Source: Curvularia clavata
Lineage: Eukaryota
Direction of reading: 5' to 3'
Assembly (NCBI GenBank): GCA_023920165.1
Contig: CP089277.1
Location: 3,844,001 to 3,908,000 of the forward strand
Length of the DNA: 64,000 bases
In this document: positions 11,334-22,971 of the stretch, one piece after another
Layout: every line of letters begins with the position of its first letter
Numbering within the stretch: the first letter of the stretch is position 1
Notes under the pieces: generated by a model
What the model saw: the letters and a program-made list of their open reading frames with translations, nothing else
The model's database searches: none
What the model was told of the DNA's origin: nothing
Program-made: the position numbers and the translations under genes

Positions 11334-12991
11334 CTAGTAAACATAGATAAAGTCCTCGTTCTTCATGTCAGTCAAGTCTGAGAACCCATTGTCTTGCTGT
11401 TGCGGTCCATCTTGAGCCTCATTCTCTAGGCCCTTCTCCGATATCTTCTTCTTCAGCATACTCTCGTCGATCCGCACGGCGCTCTTACCCAGATCAGCTC
11501 TCCGCTTCGCATGGTTTCGGTTCAGGAATGCCAAGTATACGGGGATTAGCAGCGAGATCACAGCTACTAGGGCGAACATGACGAGATTCGCAATCAGGCC
11601 CGGGCGGTAGAGCGGCGCATCGTCGACAGAGTAGAGCAGAGGGCCAATGACATTGCCTGTGCACATGCCGATAAAGACCATAGCAGAGGTACATTTCTTC
11701 TTCGTATCCCCAGCAGTATTCTGAACGTGCCAGGTGTAGATCAGAGGTGTGATGGCTGCCAGGCAGGAAACGAGGTAGTAACCAAATAGCAAGACGCCTT
11801 TGTGTCGACGGGGTACTGTCAGCATCATTATCGTTCCTATAATGGGCAGAATGGCGACGAGAGCGATGGCGAGGCCTTTGCGGCTCCAACGCGCAGCGCC
11901 CCAGGCGGAACCAAGGATACAAGCAATCTGAATCACGCCAAATGGGATATTGAAAAGGATGGCTTGAAAGTTTGTGTAGCCAAAGTCACGAATGATGAGA
12001 TTGCCGAAGGTGGAAATCCCGCCACTTGCGATGCTGTATAAAGAAGTCAGCAAGACTCGAACAGATGCAATCACTGAGGGGGGATGACTAACGAGATTGC
12101 AATGATAGCAATAAACCAGCACCAAGTTTTCAAGTCGATAAACGTCTCCCAGACTTGATCCCACTTCCATTGCCCGGACTGAATGCCCATCTGATTCGCT
12201 CTCAAACGTTCAACAGCAATCAAACGCTCTCGTTCACTCAGATACTTTGCCTTCATCGGGCTATCCGGCATCCAGATCAGAACCACGAGCGAGTACACCA
12301 CAGTCAAAAGACCACAGAACATGAAGATGACCTGGTATTTGTACAGTGAATTGCTGTTGATATGTCCCAGGCCATAGGTAAATAGCGAACCGATGATGAA
12401 TGTGACACCGTTCATGGCGTTCCAGCATCCGGTGCGGAGTGTCTGCTCGGAGCGCCGCCACCACATAGTCGTCGTAGCAACACAGGCTGGCGCAATCATA
12501 GCCTCGAAAGAGCCGAGGACGAAACGCAGACCGAGAAGGCTGGGGAAGTCTGTACATGCCGACATGATGGCTAGACTGCTACCCCATAAGAAAATAGCTG
12601 CTGCGATGACTTTCCCTGTTGGCAGTTTGACGAGAAGATATGCAGCGAGCGGTTGCATAACCAACTGCGCAAGGTAAAGGATTGATCCCAGCCATGAATA
12701 CTGCCGCCCAACGAGATGTGCATCCTTTTGGATTCCGAAAATGGAGACATAGGAAAGAGAGGACTTGTCGAGTTGTTGGAAAAAGTAGGCGCCGAGTAGA
12801 AGAGGAAGAACTCGGCAGTCAATGCGTCTTAGCACCGCACGCTCCTCTTCGTAAGTGAAGGATGCATCTTCGCCATGCACATCTGCTAGAAATTTTGCGG
12901 CTGCGTCACCCTTTGGGATGGTCTGTACAGGTGGTGAGTGCTCGAGATGTGTAATAGCGTCGTCCTTGGAGTCTCCGGCGCGAGAAGCCAT
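11334..12991 (-). CDS. MFS transporter, allantoate permease (Dal5/ACS) family; intron 12092-12034
   Basis: RRIDCRVLP, QLDKSSLSY, YSWLGSILY, LRFVLGSFEA, WWRRSEQ..R, MPDSP, NTAGDTKK and C-terminal DLTDMKNEDFIYVY. Confidence 0.93.
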
Positions 12992-13446
12992 CGCGGTTCG
13001 CAAATGCAGACAAAGATACACAAGCCCCCTTTGGAAAGTCTACCAAGGGATACAATCAACTACTTATCAGCTTACAGTCTTCTCTCGGAAAACATGAACC
13101 GAGCAGTTAGGTTTCTGAACCTTGTCGACACCTTGGTACAGAAGATCACCATTCATGGGGCAACCCCCCTACGAACCTGGGTGTACGCCAGTCATCTCCG
13201 ACGATTATCCACGTATTAAATATCGTAGTATGCGATCGAATGAGTCGGCTTTCTGGAAGAGGCGCTGTATCAAGCGATGACTGTCTTCCCCGCACAAGCT
13301 CTCCTTGTCATCCTTGGCCACTCTCAGTCACACTTCCCCGTGGGGGTGGAGCCTATGAGGTATTTAGTGCAAACTTAGGTACTACTGCATTCACTTTGAC
13401 AACAAGAGACATGATCGACATGTTGAAAGGATGCAGTTGTATGGCT

Positions 13447-13463
13447 CGGACCATGCTATACCG
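13447..13463. promoter_or_regulatory. CGG-N11-CCG Zn2Cys6 (RhaR/Gal4-type) site in a divergent promoter
   Basis: CGG ACCATGCTATA CCG. A CGG-N12-CCG lies at 13482-13499, and CreA-type SYGGRG sites at 13288, 13340, 13346 and 13481. Confidence 0.45.
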
Positions 13464-13608
13464 AAGATGGAGGGGCTCGACCGGGGTATCTCTAAACCGA
13501 CAACCCATAATAGCATGTTTCCGAAGACGTTAAGAAGTAAACTGCAGAACAAAGTCTTGGTACTCTCGTACCTGGTTCGAACTATCTGCCTGCTCCCTAG
13601 CCAGAAAC

Positions 13609-14913
13609 ATGGCGGATGCAACAAAGAAACAGAAAAAGTACGCTTTGATAGGCACAGGTGGCCGCTCTTCGTTCTTCTACACTGCCATCGCAACAACATA
13701 CAAAACCACTTCTGTGATTGTAGCCCTGTGCGACACAAACCAGACCCGTCTCGATTATGCAAACGAACAGCTTCATTCCCTCGGGCACGCCCAGGTCCCA
13801 ACCTACAAAGCCCAAGACTTCGACCGGATGATCCACGAGACACACCCCGACGAAGTCATCATCACCACCATCGACCGCACCCACAACAAGTACATAGTCC
13901 GCGCGCTCGAACTCGGCTGCAACGTTATAACCGAAAAGCCCATGACCATCGACGCGCCTCGATGTCGCGAAATCTTCTCCGCCGTCGAGCGCACAGGTCG
14001 AAAAGTCCGCGTAACATTCAACTACCGATACGCCCCGCACAACACCAAAGTGTGGGAGCTGCTACGCAGCGGCGCCATCGGCACCGTAACCAGCATCCAC
14101 TTTGAATGGATGCTGAACACATCTCACGGCGCAGACTATTTTCGGCGCTGGCACCGCGACAAGCGCAATTCAGGGGGTCTGCTGGTGCACAAATCCACGC
14201 ATCACTTTGACCTTGTCAATTTTTGGCTGCAGTCGCGACCAGAGACTGTGTACGCACAGGGCGATTTGCGTTTCTATGGGCGCGAGAATGCAGAAGAAAG
14301 AGGTGTGACGGGGTTTTATACGCGGGCTCATGGAAGCGAAGTAGCGGCCAACGATCCCTTTGCGTTACACATGGACAAGAACGACAAGCTGCGACGTATG
14401 TACCTCGATGCAGAGCACGAAGATGCGTATTATAGAGATCAGTCTGTTTTTGGTGACGGCATCAGCATAGAAGATACCATGTCGTTGCTAGTACGATATC
14501 GCAGTGGCGCGCTGCTAACATACTCGCTCACGGCTTACGCGCCGTGGGAGGGATTCCGCGTCTCATTCAATGGGACGGGCGGCCGGCTGGAAATGGAGGT
14601 CGTGGAAAATAGCTATGTGAATAGTGGGGGTGACCAGTCCCTCGAGGGTAGTCTGGAGAAGAGGAGTATCACGCTGAGGAAGCTGTTTGAGAAGCCTGTT
14701 GATGTTGAGATCCCAGACAGCGTGGGCGCGCATGGTGGCGGTGATGAGGTCTTACTGGCGGATTTGTTTGGAGAGCAGGGTGCGGGCATTGATGGAGACA
14801 TGAGGGCTGCGAGCCATGTTGATGGCGCGCTGAGTATACTGACGGGTATTTGTGGGAATAAGAGTATGGCAACGGGACAGGTGGTGAGGGTTAATGACGT
14901 GTTTGAGATATAA
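13609..14913 (+). CDS. Gfo/Idh/MocA family NAD-dependent oxidoreductase (YteT-like)
   Basis: YALIGTGGRS Rossmann start, EKPMT, FNYRY, HGADYFRRWHR...SGGLLVHKSTHHFDLVNFW, HGGGD. Intronless. Confidence 0.92.
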   Translation: MADATKKQKKYALIGTGGRSSFFYTAIATTYKTTSVIVALCDTNQTRLDYANEQLHSLGHAQVPTYKAQDFDRMIHETHPDEVIITTIDRTHNKYIVRALELGCNVITEKPMTIDAPRCREIFSAVERTGRKVRVTFNYRYAPHNTKVWELLRSGAIGTVTSIHFEWMLNTSHGADYFRRWHRDKRNSGGLLVHKSTHHFDLVNFWLQSRPETVYAQGDLRFYGRENAEERGVTGFYTRAHGSEVAANDPFALHMDKNDKLRRMYLDAEHEDAYYRDQSVFGDGISIEDTMSLLVRYRSGALLTYSLTAYAPWEGFRVSFNGTGGRLEMEVVENSYVNSGGDQSLEGSLEKRSITLRKLFEKPVDVEIPDSVGAHGGGDEVLLADLFGEQGAGIDGDMRAASHVDGALSILTGICGNKSMATGQVVRVNDVFEI

Positions 14914-15497
14914 GCAAGAATAAGTAGAGGCGACAACAATTTGCATTCGAATTTAGATTTAGGTACGTTTTAGTATTCTATATACTGCTCATGGCAGTGA
15001 CAAAGATATGAGCTCATTGAAGTACACACGTAGCGTGAAGAAAGTTAAAAATAAATAAACGAGCGTAGTAGAAGTGGTGTAAGCTCAAAAACCATGTGTC
15101 CTAACTATACTGGAGGACAGGCACTTTTTCAACCCCTCAGATCAAGTTCCCATGCAGTGCAAAATCCGATCCTATTCGTGACATAGAGCTCATGAAAGTG
15201 TTGATGTTGCATGTACACCATTTTAGCTGGTGAATGTACACCACATCTAGGGCTGAGCAGTTATCCAGGCGCTGCATCGCACAATGCTAGACACTGCACA
15301 AGATCCATGCTTTGTAGTCACTGGCATGAATGAGTTTGGGTCATCGCAAGTCGTTTTGTAGTTGCGTCCAGAGGCTGTTGTATAAAAGGTGTCGCGACAC
15401 TCGCAGTTCGAAAGAGGCGATGATGGAATGGGAGTATGTACAATCGTATGCATGACTGGCGATGTCGTGTGACCGCCAGGTATGTGACCGACGAGAA

Positions 15498-16133
15498 TTA
15501 CGAAGGCTTTTTCGTTCCTGTGGACGATCTTTGTCCAGAGACGGAGGGCGTAGGCGAGGCACTTATCGTGATTGTGCTCAGCGTAGACGAAACCGTACTC
15601 GACCTCAAAGGAGGCACCGAGACACTGCTGGGAGTACCCCTTTGCGTACTTGAGCATCTCTTCGTGAAAACGACGCTGGCGCCTTTCTTTTCCTTAGCCA
15701 TCCCGCTGAAGAACTTGCAAGTGTAGGTCTTGGGCATCGAGGTGTTGGCCAATTCGAATCCAAAGCATCTGGTGTCCTTGTTGCAGATGGACTCGCATTC
15801 GTCAGCGCTGGAAACGCCCACGAGGATTTGAGTGACGTTTGCAGAAGTCGAGGAGCTGCATGAAATACGATAGTCGGGTGTACATTTTGCTTCGGTGCGA
15901 GAGCAGATTTTGGTTAAGGAGGCTGATCCCGCGGGAGCACAGCTTGGATTATTGAGGTATGGACATGTCGAGTTGGAAGAAGAGCTGGAAGAAGACACGG
16001 CAGCCGGAATGCTCGAAATCGGAGTGCTCGCAGGGATACTGGGCGTTGATTTAGGTGTCGAAATAGGTGAGTTCGATGATGCCAGCGCCAACGGTGCTGC
16101 CATCATAGCCCCCAGAAAAACAAAGTACCGCAT
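15498..16133 (-). CDS. Secreted Ser/Thr-rich, Cys-rich protein with PAN/apple-like domain (apparently truncated)
   Basis: Signal peptide MRYFVFLGAMMAAPLALA; S/T/P linkers; C..ECESICNKDTRCFGF..C pattern. A second, frameshifted domain lies downstream (see findings). Confidence 0.7.
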   Translation of the reverse strand: MRYFVFLGAMMAAPLALASSNSPISTPKSTPSIPASTPISSIPAAVSSSSSSSNSTCPYLNNPSCAPAGSASLTKICSRTEAKCTPDYRISCSSSTSANVTQILVGVSSADECESICNKDTRCFGFELANTSMPKTYTCKFFSGMAKEKKGASVVFTKRCSSTQRGTPSSVSVPPLRSSTVSSTLSTITISASPTPSVSGQRSSTGTKKPS

Positions 16134-17263
16134 AATGAATGAACTAGGACTCTTCGAGTTTTTGAGTCCTGGGAAGCGGTATGTAGAAAAATTAAGATAA
16201 GATAAGATAAAAAAGAGTGACAGTAAGTAAGTATTCACTAGGTACGTACCCAAAATGGGGGGACACGAAAACTACATATATACCCAAACATCGCTAAGGC
16301 GTAAATTTCAAATTAACCTTTCCTTCCGGAAAAAGGCTCTGTCTAGACAAAAACGCATTTCCACATTTCACGTAGTACTATGGCAGACCCGAAACTTGCG
16401 TTTCTAGATCTCAGGGGGGAAGAAGACCCAGACGATGCCATAGTCCGGTCGCGTACCATTGTTTCGGTGCGGTCGAGACTCTCACGCCATGGATTTGGAA
16501 AAATAGAACGCGCCGCCTCACCGACACACTAACCTGGCCTTTGAATACTTCTTAAGTCAGCATATAGAGCTGTAGCGACAGTGAAAGGATGATGTTTGGA
16601 TACTCCGTGCTTCTAGGAATTACTCAGGTGAAAACTAAATCATAATATCAAGCAATCGATGCTTTCTCAAGTTCTGCATCTCTAAATTTTGCGCGGGCGT
16701 CTTATTTTTTCGGAGGGCGCTCTCCAAAAGCGGTCTGTACCCCTGAATCCGTCCGCAGCTAAACTATGGTTCGCGAGGCTACTTGTGGCGTCCCGTCAGC
16801 CCTACCTTGGTGCGAGCTAAACAAAGTGTCTCTCGCGAGACGTGCTGTCCCGAAAAAAGAAAAACTAAAGCCACTGAAAAATCTCAGAAAGGGTTAGCTG
16901 GTGAGCTGGAGGCGAACGAGACATCTTGGGTTGCCTGTCTCGTACGAGTTCCTCCCTTGCGCCCACATCTGCACTCACATCTCAAGTAAGACGCCTCATT
17001 CATCGAAAATGATCTCTTTGAGAAATTACATAAATATATATTTTCATCCACTGTCTCCCTACTACATGCAAGATAAGTGTCGTGTACTCTATCTTTCCAC
17101 GCCCACTGATGATAATGCTTCAATGCCACGCTTCTTCTTTCTCATATACACGCTATTCTTACAGAAAAAACAAGCGTACTAATACAAAAAGAGGTCTTGC
17201 TGTTTCCCTCTTTGCCTTTGCTGGGGTGGTAGAAGACAAGACATCTTCGACTGACTTAATCAA

Positions 17264-20200
17264 CTAATACTTCTTCTTTCGCTGCCTGACATGCGGATCC
17301 TGACCCTTTCTGTTCCGCTTTTGCCGATCGGTCGGCGGGCGGTAGGGCTCTTTGCCGAATTCCTCGCGGTACAGGCTCAGCATGTATTCGTCGACATGTC
17401 GCTTTTGCTTCTCGTTGCCGTTGGCGTCCAGTTCCTCTTCGTCCTTGGCGCCAGCGGCTTCAGATGCAGCTCTTGTAGCATTCACGCTTTCGTTAAAATC
17501 GACCTTGTCTTCATGGATCTCGTCCACTATCTCCTTTTGTGCGACGTTTGCTGCAGCACGGTCTTCCGTGTCTTCTACATTGCCCATGACGCGTGCATCG
17601 CCAAGAAGACCAATCTTCTCACCGAGCACGCGTTCCATGGCTGCGCCGGCCTCGTCGGTTGTGTCGATACCCATGTCCTCTTCCAGTGCGTCCCGCCAGG
17701 TGACTCGGTTGAATGTGTCGGTAGTGAAATCGCCCTTTTGTATAATGACATCATCGAGCAGGCGCTTCTGGTTTGACTTGCGAAGGATGTTGGCTTCGAT
17801 AGTGTATTCGCTCACAAACTTGTAAATGTGAACATCCCGCGTCTGACCGATACGATGGGCACGGTCCTGGCATTGCTTGTCCATGGCCGGATTCCAGTCG
17901 AGGTCGTAGAAGATGACAGTGTCAGCGCCAGTGAGGTTGATACCAAGACCACCAGATCGCGAAGACAAGATAAAGCACAAGATACGCGGGTCGTTATTGA
18001 AGCGATCAGTAAGAATCTGGCGCTGTTCAATCTTGGTAGATCCATCGAGACGCAAGTAGCGATGTCCATGGATATTGAGAAACTGCTCCAATATGTCGAG
18101 AACTTTTGTCATCTGAGTGAAGATGAGAGCACGGTGACCTCCAGCTTGCAAGTCTCGAAGAAGTGTCGCAAGGCGTTGGAGCTTGCCGCAGTCGTACTGA
18201 AGCAGACGCTTGTCGGGGAAGGCAATGGACTGGCGGATGCGCGATGAATGGAAGGGATCTGGCCGGTGTGCTGCTTCCGAAGATCGGATCAAGTCGACAC
18301 CACGTTTTGACAAAGTCAGAGGAGTAAGCTCCTCAGCTGCAACAGCAGGTGTGACACATGTGAAGCGTGTGATCAGAGGCTCAAAGGCTTCAGCGCGTTG
18401 CTCCAACGTGGGAATCATGTCGTAGAAGTGCGTGATTTGCTGATCGTGCCATTGTGACAAGACCCTTTGAGACTTTGGAGACCTGAAGCCCAGACGACCG
18501 TGGTGTCGCTGAACAATATCGTATTGTGTTGTATCCTCCGGTCTTGGTTGCAGGTGAGCCTGGCCAAAGCCGTGGTATGTCGGATGAGGGGTGTGGTGTG
18601 TGCGGTAAAGCGGCGGTCTGGGCACCTTCTTTCCTTCGGTAATAGCACCAAACGTGTACTCATGCCAGTCGACTGTCACTGCATCAATAATGTCCTTTCC
18701 GTATATGGGCATGAATTGTGTGCGAGCGCGTGTAAGAGCAAGGCAAGTCTGCAAATGGTCTCGAACAGCCACCTGCTCTCGTTTTGCCATGGCCGCGATT
18801 GTTGATTGCAGCGGAGATGTTCCCGCCTCGACTGGCTTGTTGATGCGTCGGGTTTGACGCTCAATCAGATCTTCCAGAGGCCGCGTAGCACGGATTGGAT
18901 AGGTACGTCGAGCATGGCCCAGCTGTGTTTGTTCTCGCCGCGCAAAGTTAAGGTTTAGAGCATCCAAGTTTAGTTTCTTGTCGTCCATATCCTCTTGCAA
19001 GCGCTTTCGGATCAAAAGGTCTTTGATCTCGTACTCGGCAGCAACAGATTTTGGCATCGCCATGGATGTCACGATAGCTCGAGTTTCAAACAAATCAGGG
19101 TGGTTGCACACTTTTCGCAACGACATCAAGCAGTTGATGATTGACATGTAGTTGCCAGAGGCCAGAATCTCTTTTGTCGATGCACGGCCCATGAAACCGT
19201 CATAAAGCTGCCGTTGCCGTTTAGACAGCTTGCAGTAGACCACATGCTCGTACTTGGCCGGCATTTGCTTCTCGACTTCAGATTTCAACCGTCGAAGGAG
19301 ATATGGCCGGAGAACCTCATGAAGTCGCTTGACAATCTTTTGTGCTTCTGCATCAAGCTGCTGGCGACCTTGGTCTAGAATTTGCGATGTGGGGTTCTTC
19401 AGGGCGAGTGTGAATTCTTCCAAACCAGCAATGCGACCTTCTCCAGCAAAGCCAGCCGGCATGAGGAAGTAAAGCAATGACCAGAGCTCATCGATATTGT
19501 TCTGAAGAGGGGTTCCCGTCAACAGCAGGCGACGTTCAGTCCGAAGATTAAGCATAGTCTGCCAACGCTGGGACTTGAAGTTTTTGATGTTGTGAGCTTC
19601 ATCTAGCACGAGGTAGCGCCAAGGACGCATCTTGAAAGCCGCAGCATCTTGAAGAATGAGTTGGTACGAGGTGATGACGACGTTGTACATGTCCTTGCCG
19701 GTATTGCGCCACCCCAATCGCTTTCGCTTTCGCTCGTTGATATCTCCATAGTAAGTGAGAATCTTGAAACCAGGCAGAAACTTTCGGAACTCCATTTCCC
19801 AATTGAGCATAACACTCGTGGGCACGACAACCAAGTGCGGTCCCCAGATCTCGTGGCGGACGGCAAGGTAGGCCAATAGCGAAATGGTTTGTATGGTCTT
19901 GCCCAGACCCATTTCGTCTGCTAGGATGCCGTTGGTCTCCGACTCGTACAGATTTGCGAGCCAGTCTAGTCCGTCATGCTGGTACTCTCGGAGCGTGCCT
20001 CGAAGTAGGAATGGCACTTCAGTCCTTGGCGGTGAGGATGCATGGCGAGATCGAGAAACACTCTTAGAGTGCACAACATCTTCCATAGGTGCGGCATCGG
20101 TGGCTTCGACTTCGACGGATGGTTTGTGGTCGGCGACCTCGATGGAAGGAGCAGGCTCGGATGGTGCTGTGTTCCCGTTGACATGCGGTTCGTCTGTCTC

Positions 20201-22354
20201 GGCGATCGAATCATGTCCATTCATACGAGGCTTCTCCTCGTCGTCGTTCACGGGTGTGGAGGCATGTCCGTTAGCCTGCTCTGTCGACTGTTCCTCTGTT
20301 TCCGGCTCATCCTCGATCGTGTTCTTTGCAGCTTCCTTCAGTTTCTTCACATCCTTAGGCGCAAAGAAACCCATGAGGCCCAGGTCCTCTTCTCCGCTAT
20401 CATCATTATCATCTTCTGAGTCGCCACCCTCTTCCCCATCATTGTCGTCAGTTCCAGAACCCTCGTTGCTTGACCAAGCTTCACTGCCAGATTCCGAACC
20501 TTCGTCGTCCTCTGAGTCCATTAAAGCATCGTCGACCTGGTCCAGCTCAACCGTAGCTGGGTCGATGTAGCCTGGCTTCTTCTCGTCCTCGTCGTCCTCG
20601 TGACCATGGGATCCATTCGTAAGCGTTTCCTGAGGCTCATTGTCGTCCTCAGCATCAAGGTCCGGGTCGGGAGTTGGTGCGGGTGTGCGTTCTTCGTCAT
20701 CATCGTCTTCGGATTCACCTTCCGACTCGGAACTACTTTCTGGTAAATCAGGAAGCTGTCCGTACTTCTCGCGGAGTTGCTCAGCAGTGAGATTCGCATC
20801 GTCATCCTGCTCGATATCTGACTCGCTGTCCGAACTCGAAGACATGACATCGTCGTCAAGCTGCTGCTCTGAGGTATTCGAGGCCCCGCTCTCAAAGTCT
20901 TCCATGTCGTCGAATTCTCGATCATCGCTCACCAACGAGGAAGCGCCATCGCCAGCCATACGACCACCTAGAATTTCTTGCGCTTGATTGAACATATCGT
21001 CCATGGCCTTGTGTCCAAGCTGCATTTGCTCTTCTTCATACCTGGCCACACGCTCCTTGTCAATTTCAACCTTGACCAGGCCCCACGCATCCTTGACATC
21101 CTTGACCAGCTGCTTGTATCGTACCACTTGGCGTTCCGTCTCTTCTTGTTCAATTTCATCCTGGCTCTTCCGCTTGAACTTGTTCTTCCAAAATTCGTAG
21201 GCTTCTCTAGCCAGTTGTTTTGCCGTCCGGCGATGAAAAGCCTTCTCTTCTTTCAGCAACTTATTAAAGTGTAGGGCATGCGCAACCACATGGTCCCAGT
21301 GACCGTACTGGGCTGGCGGCTCTGCTGCAGGCTCGGGAGCATAGACGCTACATCGTGCTTGGCTCAACACACCATGCTCGGCGGCTTCAACGATTTGCAA
21401 CCGACGTTTTGCCTCGTCTTCGGCCTTCTCCTGTGTTATCCGCAACGCTTCCTCACCCTCCAGCGGGTCGTCTTGCTGCAGCCACTCCTCCAGCGAAGCA
21501 TACTGAGATTTGGGCGGGGCGTGGTGGGGGTGGCGGTTAGGAGGGTCGGGCTTTCGTAGTCGCAAACGCAGCCGAGGCGCAGGTGTCGATGAATTGGGGT
21601 CGTCGGGCGACGCATAGAGGCCAGCATCGGGGTCATGGCCGTTCGTGTCAGGGGTATCCATGAACTCATCGCCTGGAGGATCAGCCGACACCTGGGTGCC
21701 CCTCCGCTGGCGGCCTCCCCGCCTGCGAGTACCGCCACCGGGAGACGCGTTCTGCAGTGCCGGAGATGTGGCCGGTGTCTGCTTTGCAAGTGCGGAGGCC
21801 TTGGTGTTTCGCTCAGACTTGCGGGCCGGCGTGCTCAAGGACTGTGTGGAAGCCTTTTTAGCAAGAGCGGATGCCTTCCCTCTCGGGACCGGCGTAGGCG
21901 CTGAGCCATTGCGCGCCTCACGTCTGCCTGCATTCTTAGGGGTGCCGTTTGTCTGTGTCGCTTTTGTCGTCGGCCGCGGTGTGGCCTTTGTGGGCTCCGG
22001 CGTAGGCGGTGCGGTCTCCCTATTCACACGCGACGACTTCCTCACGCCATTCTCAAAGACTGTCGTGGGTCCGTCGGCCACAAACGACTTCCACGGGGGC
22101 GATGCAGCGCGTGATACTGAGCGACGCGGCGTGGTTGTGTCTTCCAGTTTCCGCCGCTTTGCAGGTCGCTCGATGACGCCACCACCATGGCCATTTACAG
22201 ACGCAGAGTGTTCTCCTTGGTTGGCGGTGAGAGGCGCATTGTCGTCGCCGGAGGCATCTCCATTCGGTGCGATGGTGGAGGGGCTGGGTGCGTCGGTCGA
22301 GTCGCGTGGTGGGATGGAGTCGAGGTCGCGATCCGCGGCAGTAACTTCTTCCAT
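17264..22354 (-). CDS. SWR1: SWR1 chromatin-remodelling ATPase (H2A.Z deposition)
   Basis: HSA-like region, acidic tract, LREYQ..GL, GILADEMGLGKT, DEAH, LLTGTPLQN, split ATPase with long insertion, DCGKLQ, LSSRSGGLGINL, QDRAHRIGQ. Confidence 0.96.
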   Translation of the reverse strand: MEEVTAADRDLDSIPPRDSTDAPSPSTIAPNGDASGDDNAPLTANQGEHSASVNGHGGGVIERPAKRRKLEDTTTPRRSVSRAASPPWKSFVADGPTTVFENGVRKSSRVNRETAPPTPEPTKATPRPTTKATQTNGTPKNAGRREARNGSAPTPVPRGKASALAKKASTQSLSTPARKSERNTKASALAKQTPATSPALQNASPGGGTRRRGGRQRRGTQVSADPPGDEFMDTPDTNGHDPDAGLYASPDDPNSSTPAPRLRLRLRKPDPPNRHPHHAPPKSQYASLEEWLQQDDPLEGEEALRITQEKAEDEAKRRLQIVEAAEHGVLSQARCSVYAPEPAAEPPAQYGHWDHVVAHALHFNKLLKEEKAFHRRTAKQLAREAYEFWKNKFKRKSQDEIEQEETERQVVRYKQLVKDVKDAWGLVKVEIDKERVARYEEEQMQLGHKAMDDMFNQAQEILGGRMAGDGASSLVSDDREFDDMEDFESGASNTSEQQLDDDVMSSSSDSESDIEQDDDANLTAEQLREKYGQLPDLPESSSESEGESEDDDDEERTPAPTPDPDLDAEDDNEPQETLTNGSHGHEDDEDEKKPGYIDPATVELDQVDDALMDSEDDEGSESGSEAWSSNEGSGTDDNDGEEGGDSEDDNDDSGEEDLGLMGFFAPKDVKKLKEAAKNTIEDEPETEEQSTEQANGHASTPVNDDEEKPRMNGHDSIAETDEPHVNGNTAPSEPAPSIEVADHKPSVEVEATDAAPMEDVVHSKSVSRSRHASSPPRTEVPFLLRGTLREYQHDGLDWLANLYESETNGILADEMGLGKTIQTISLLAYLAVRHEIWGPHLVVVPTSVMLNWEMEFRKFLPGFKILTYYGDINERKRKRLGWRNTGKDMYNVVITSYQLILQDAAAFKMRPWRYLVLDEAHNIKNFKSQRWQTMLNLRTERRLLLTGTPLQNNIDELWSLLYFLMPAGFAGEGRIAGLEEFTLALKNPTSQILDQGRQQLDAEAQKIVKRLHEVLRPYLLRRLKSEVEKQMPAKYEHVVYCKLSKRQRQLYDGFMGRASTKEILASGNYMSIINCLMSLRKVCNHPDLFETRAIVTSMAMPKSVAAEYEIKDLLIRKRLQEDMDDKKLNLDALNLNFARREQTQLGHARRTYPIRATRPLEDLIERQTRRINKPVEAGTSPLQSTIAAMAKREQVAVRDHLQTCLALTRARTQFMPIYGKDIIDAVTVDWHEYTFGAITEGKKVPRPPLYRTHHTPHPTYHGFGQAHLQPRPEDTTQYDIVQRHHGRLGFRSPKSQRVLSQWHDQQITHFYDMIPTLEQRAEAFEPLITRFTCVTPAVAAEELTPLTLSKRGVDLIRSSEAAHRPDPFHSSRIRQSIAFPDKRLLQYDCGKLQRLATLLRDLQAGGHRALIFTQMTKVLDILEQFLNIHGHRYLRLDGSTKIEQRQILTDRFNNDPRILCFILSSRSGGLGINLTGADTVIFYDLDWNPAMDKQCQDRAHRIGQTRDVHIYKFVSEYTIEANILRKSNQKRLLDDVIIQKGDFTTDTFNRVTWRDALEEDMGIDTTDEAGAAMERVLGEKIGLLGDARVMGNVEDTEDRAAANVAQKEIVDEIHEDKVDFNESVNATRAASEAAGAKDEEELDANGNEKQKRHVDEYMLSLYREEFGKEPYRPPTDRQKRNRKGQDPHVRQRKKKY

Positions 22355-22971
22355 TCAGGAAGGGCGAGAGAGGCGGCCTGGGGAGCCTGTAGACCACCCG
22401 GCACGCAGCCAAATCGACATATATCAGCTCAAAACGGAAGCCACAAAAGATTGGTATGGATGCTTAAAGCAGTGAAGGACCCAGATTCCAGATTTTGCCT
22501 CGCGCTGGGATGATGCAATGAGATGGTGAAGTTATGGGATGGTAAAAACAGCGCCTGGCGATAATGTTTGGCGACAATCACGCTAACGACCGGCACGGGC
22601 GCGCATAACCAACACTTTGACGCGCAGCCTGCAAGATCGATAGTGTATCTTTATGTGGTGTGCATGAACTAGAACTGTGTAGATGAAATATTCAAGGCAC
22701 TGGTATCTTTTTTTCCTTTCCAGTAGCTCTTTCTGTCGCTACCGTAGGAGAAGAATGGTGGTCTCTGGTGGTGGGCGTCTACCTAGTAGGAAGACCAGAT
22801 GGACCCACTTTTGTCCGCCAAGCCCAGCTGGGGTGCCGCAACTGAGCTCATCGCGAACGACACACCAAGCCAGCACCCGACGAATCCGCCCTGATCCCCC
22901 ACATTTGCGCCGCCACGTACGTTCGGAATCCCGTCAATTGCCTCGAAAAGACACTCACATTTGCCCTCAGC

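Noticed and set aside
22520..22960. Possible ncRNA in the SWR1-NDUFB8 divergent spacer
   Set aside because: No match to snRNA, tRNA or snoRNA signatures that I can recognise.
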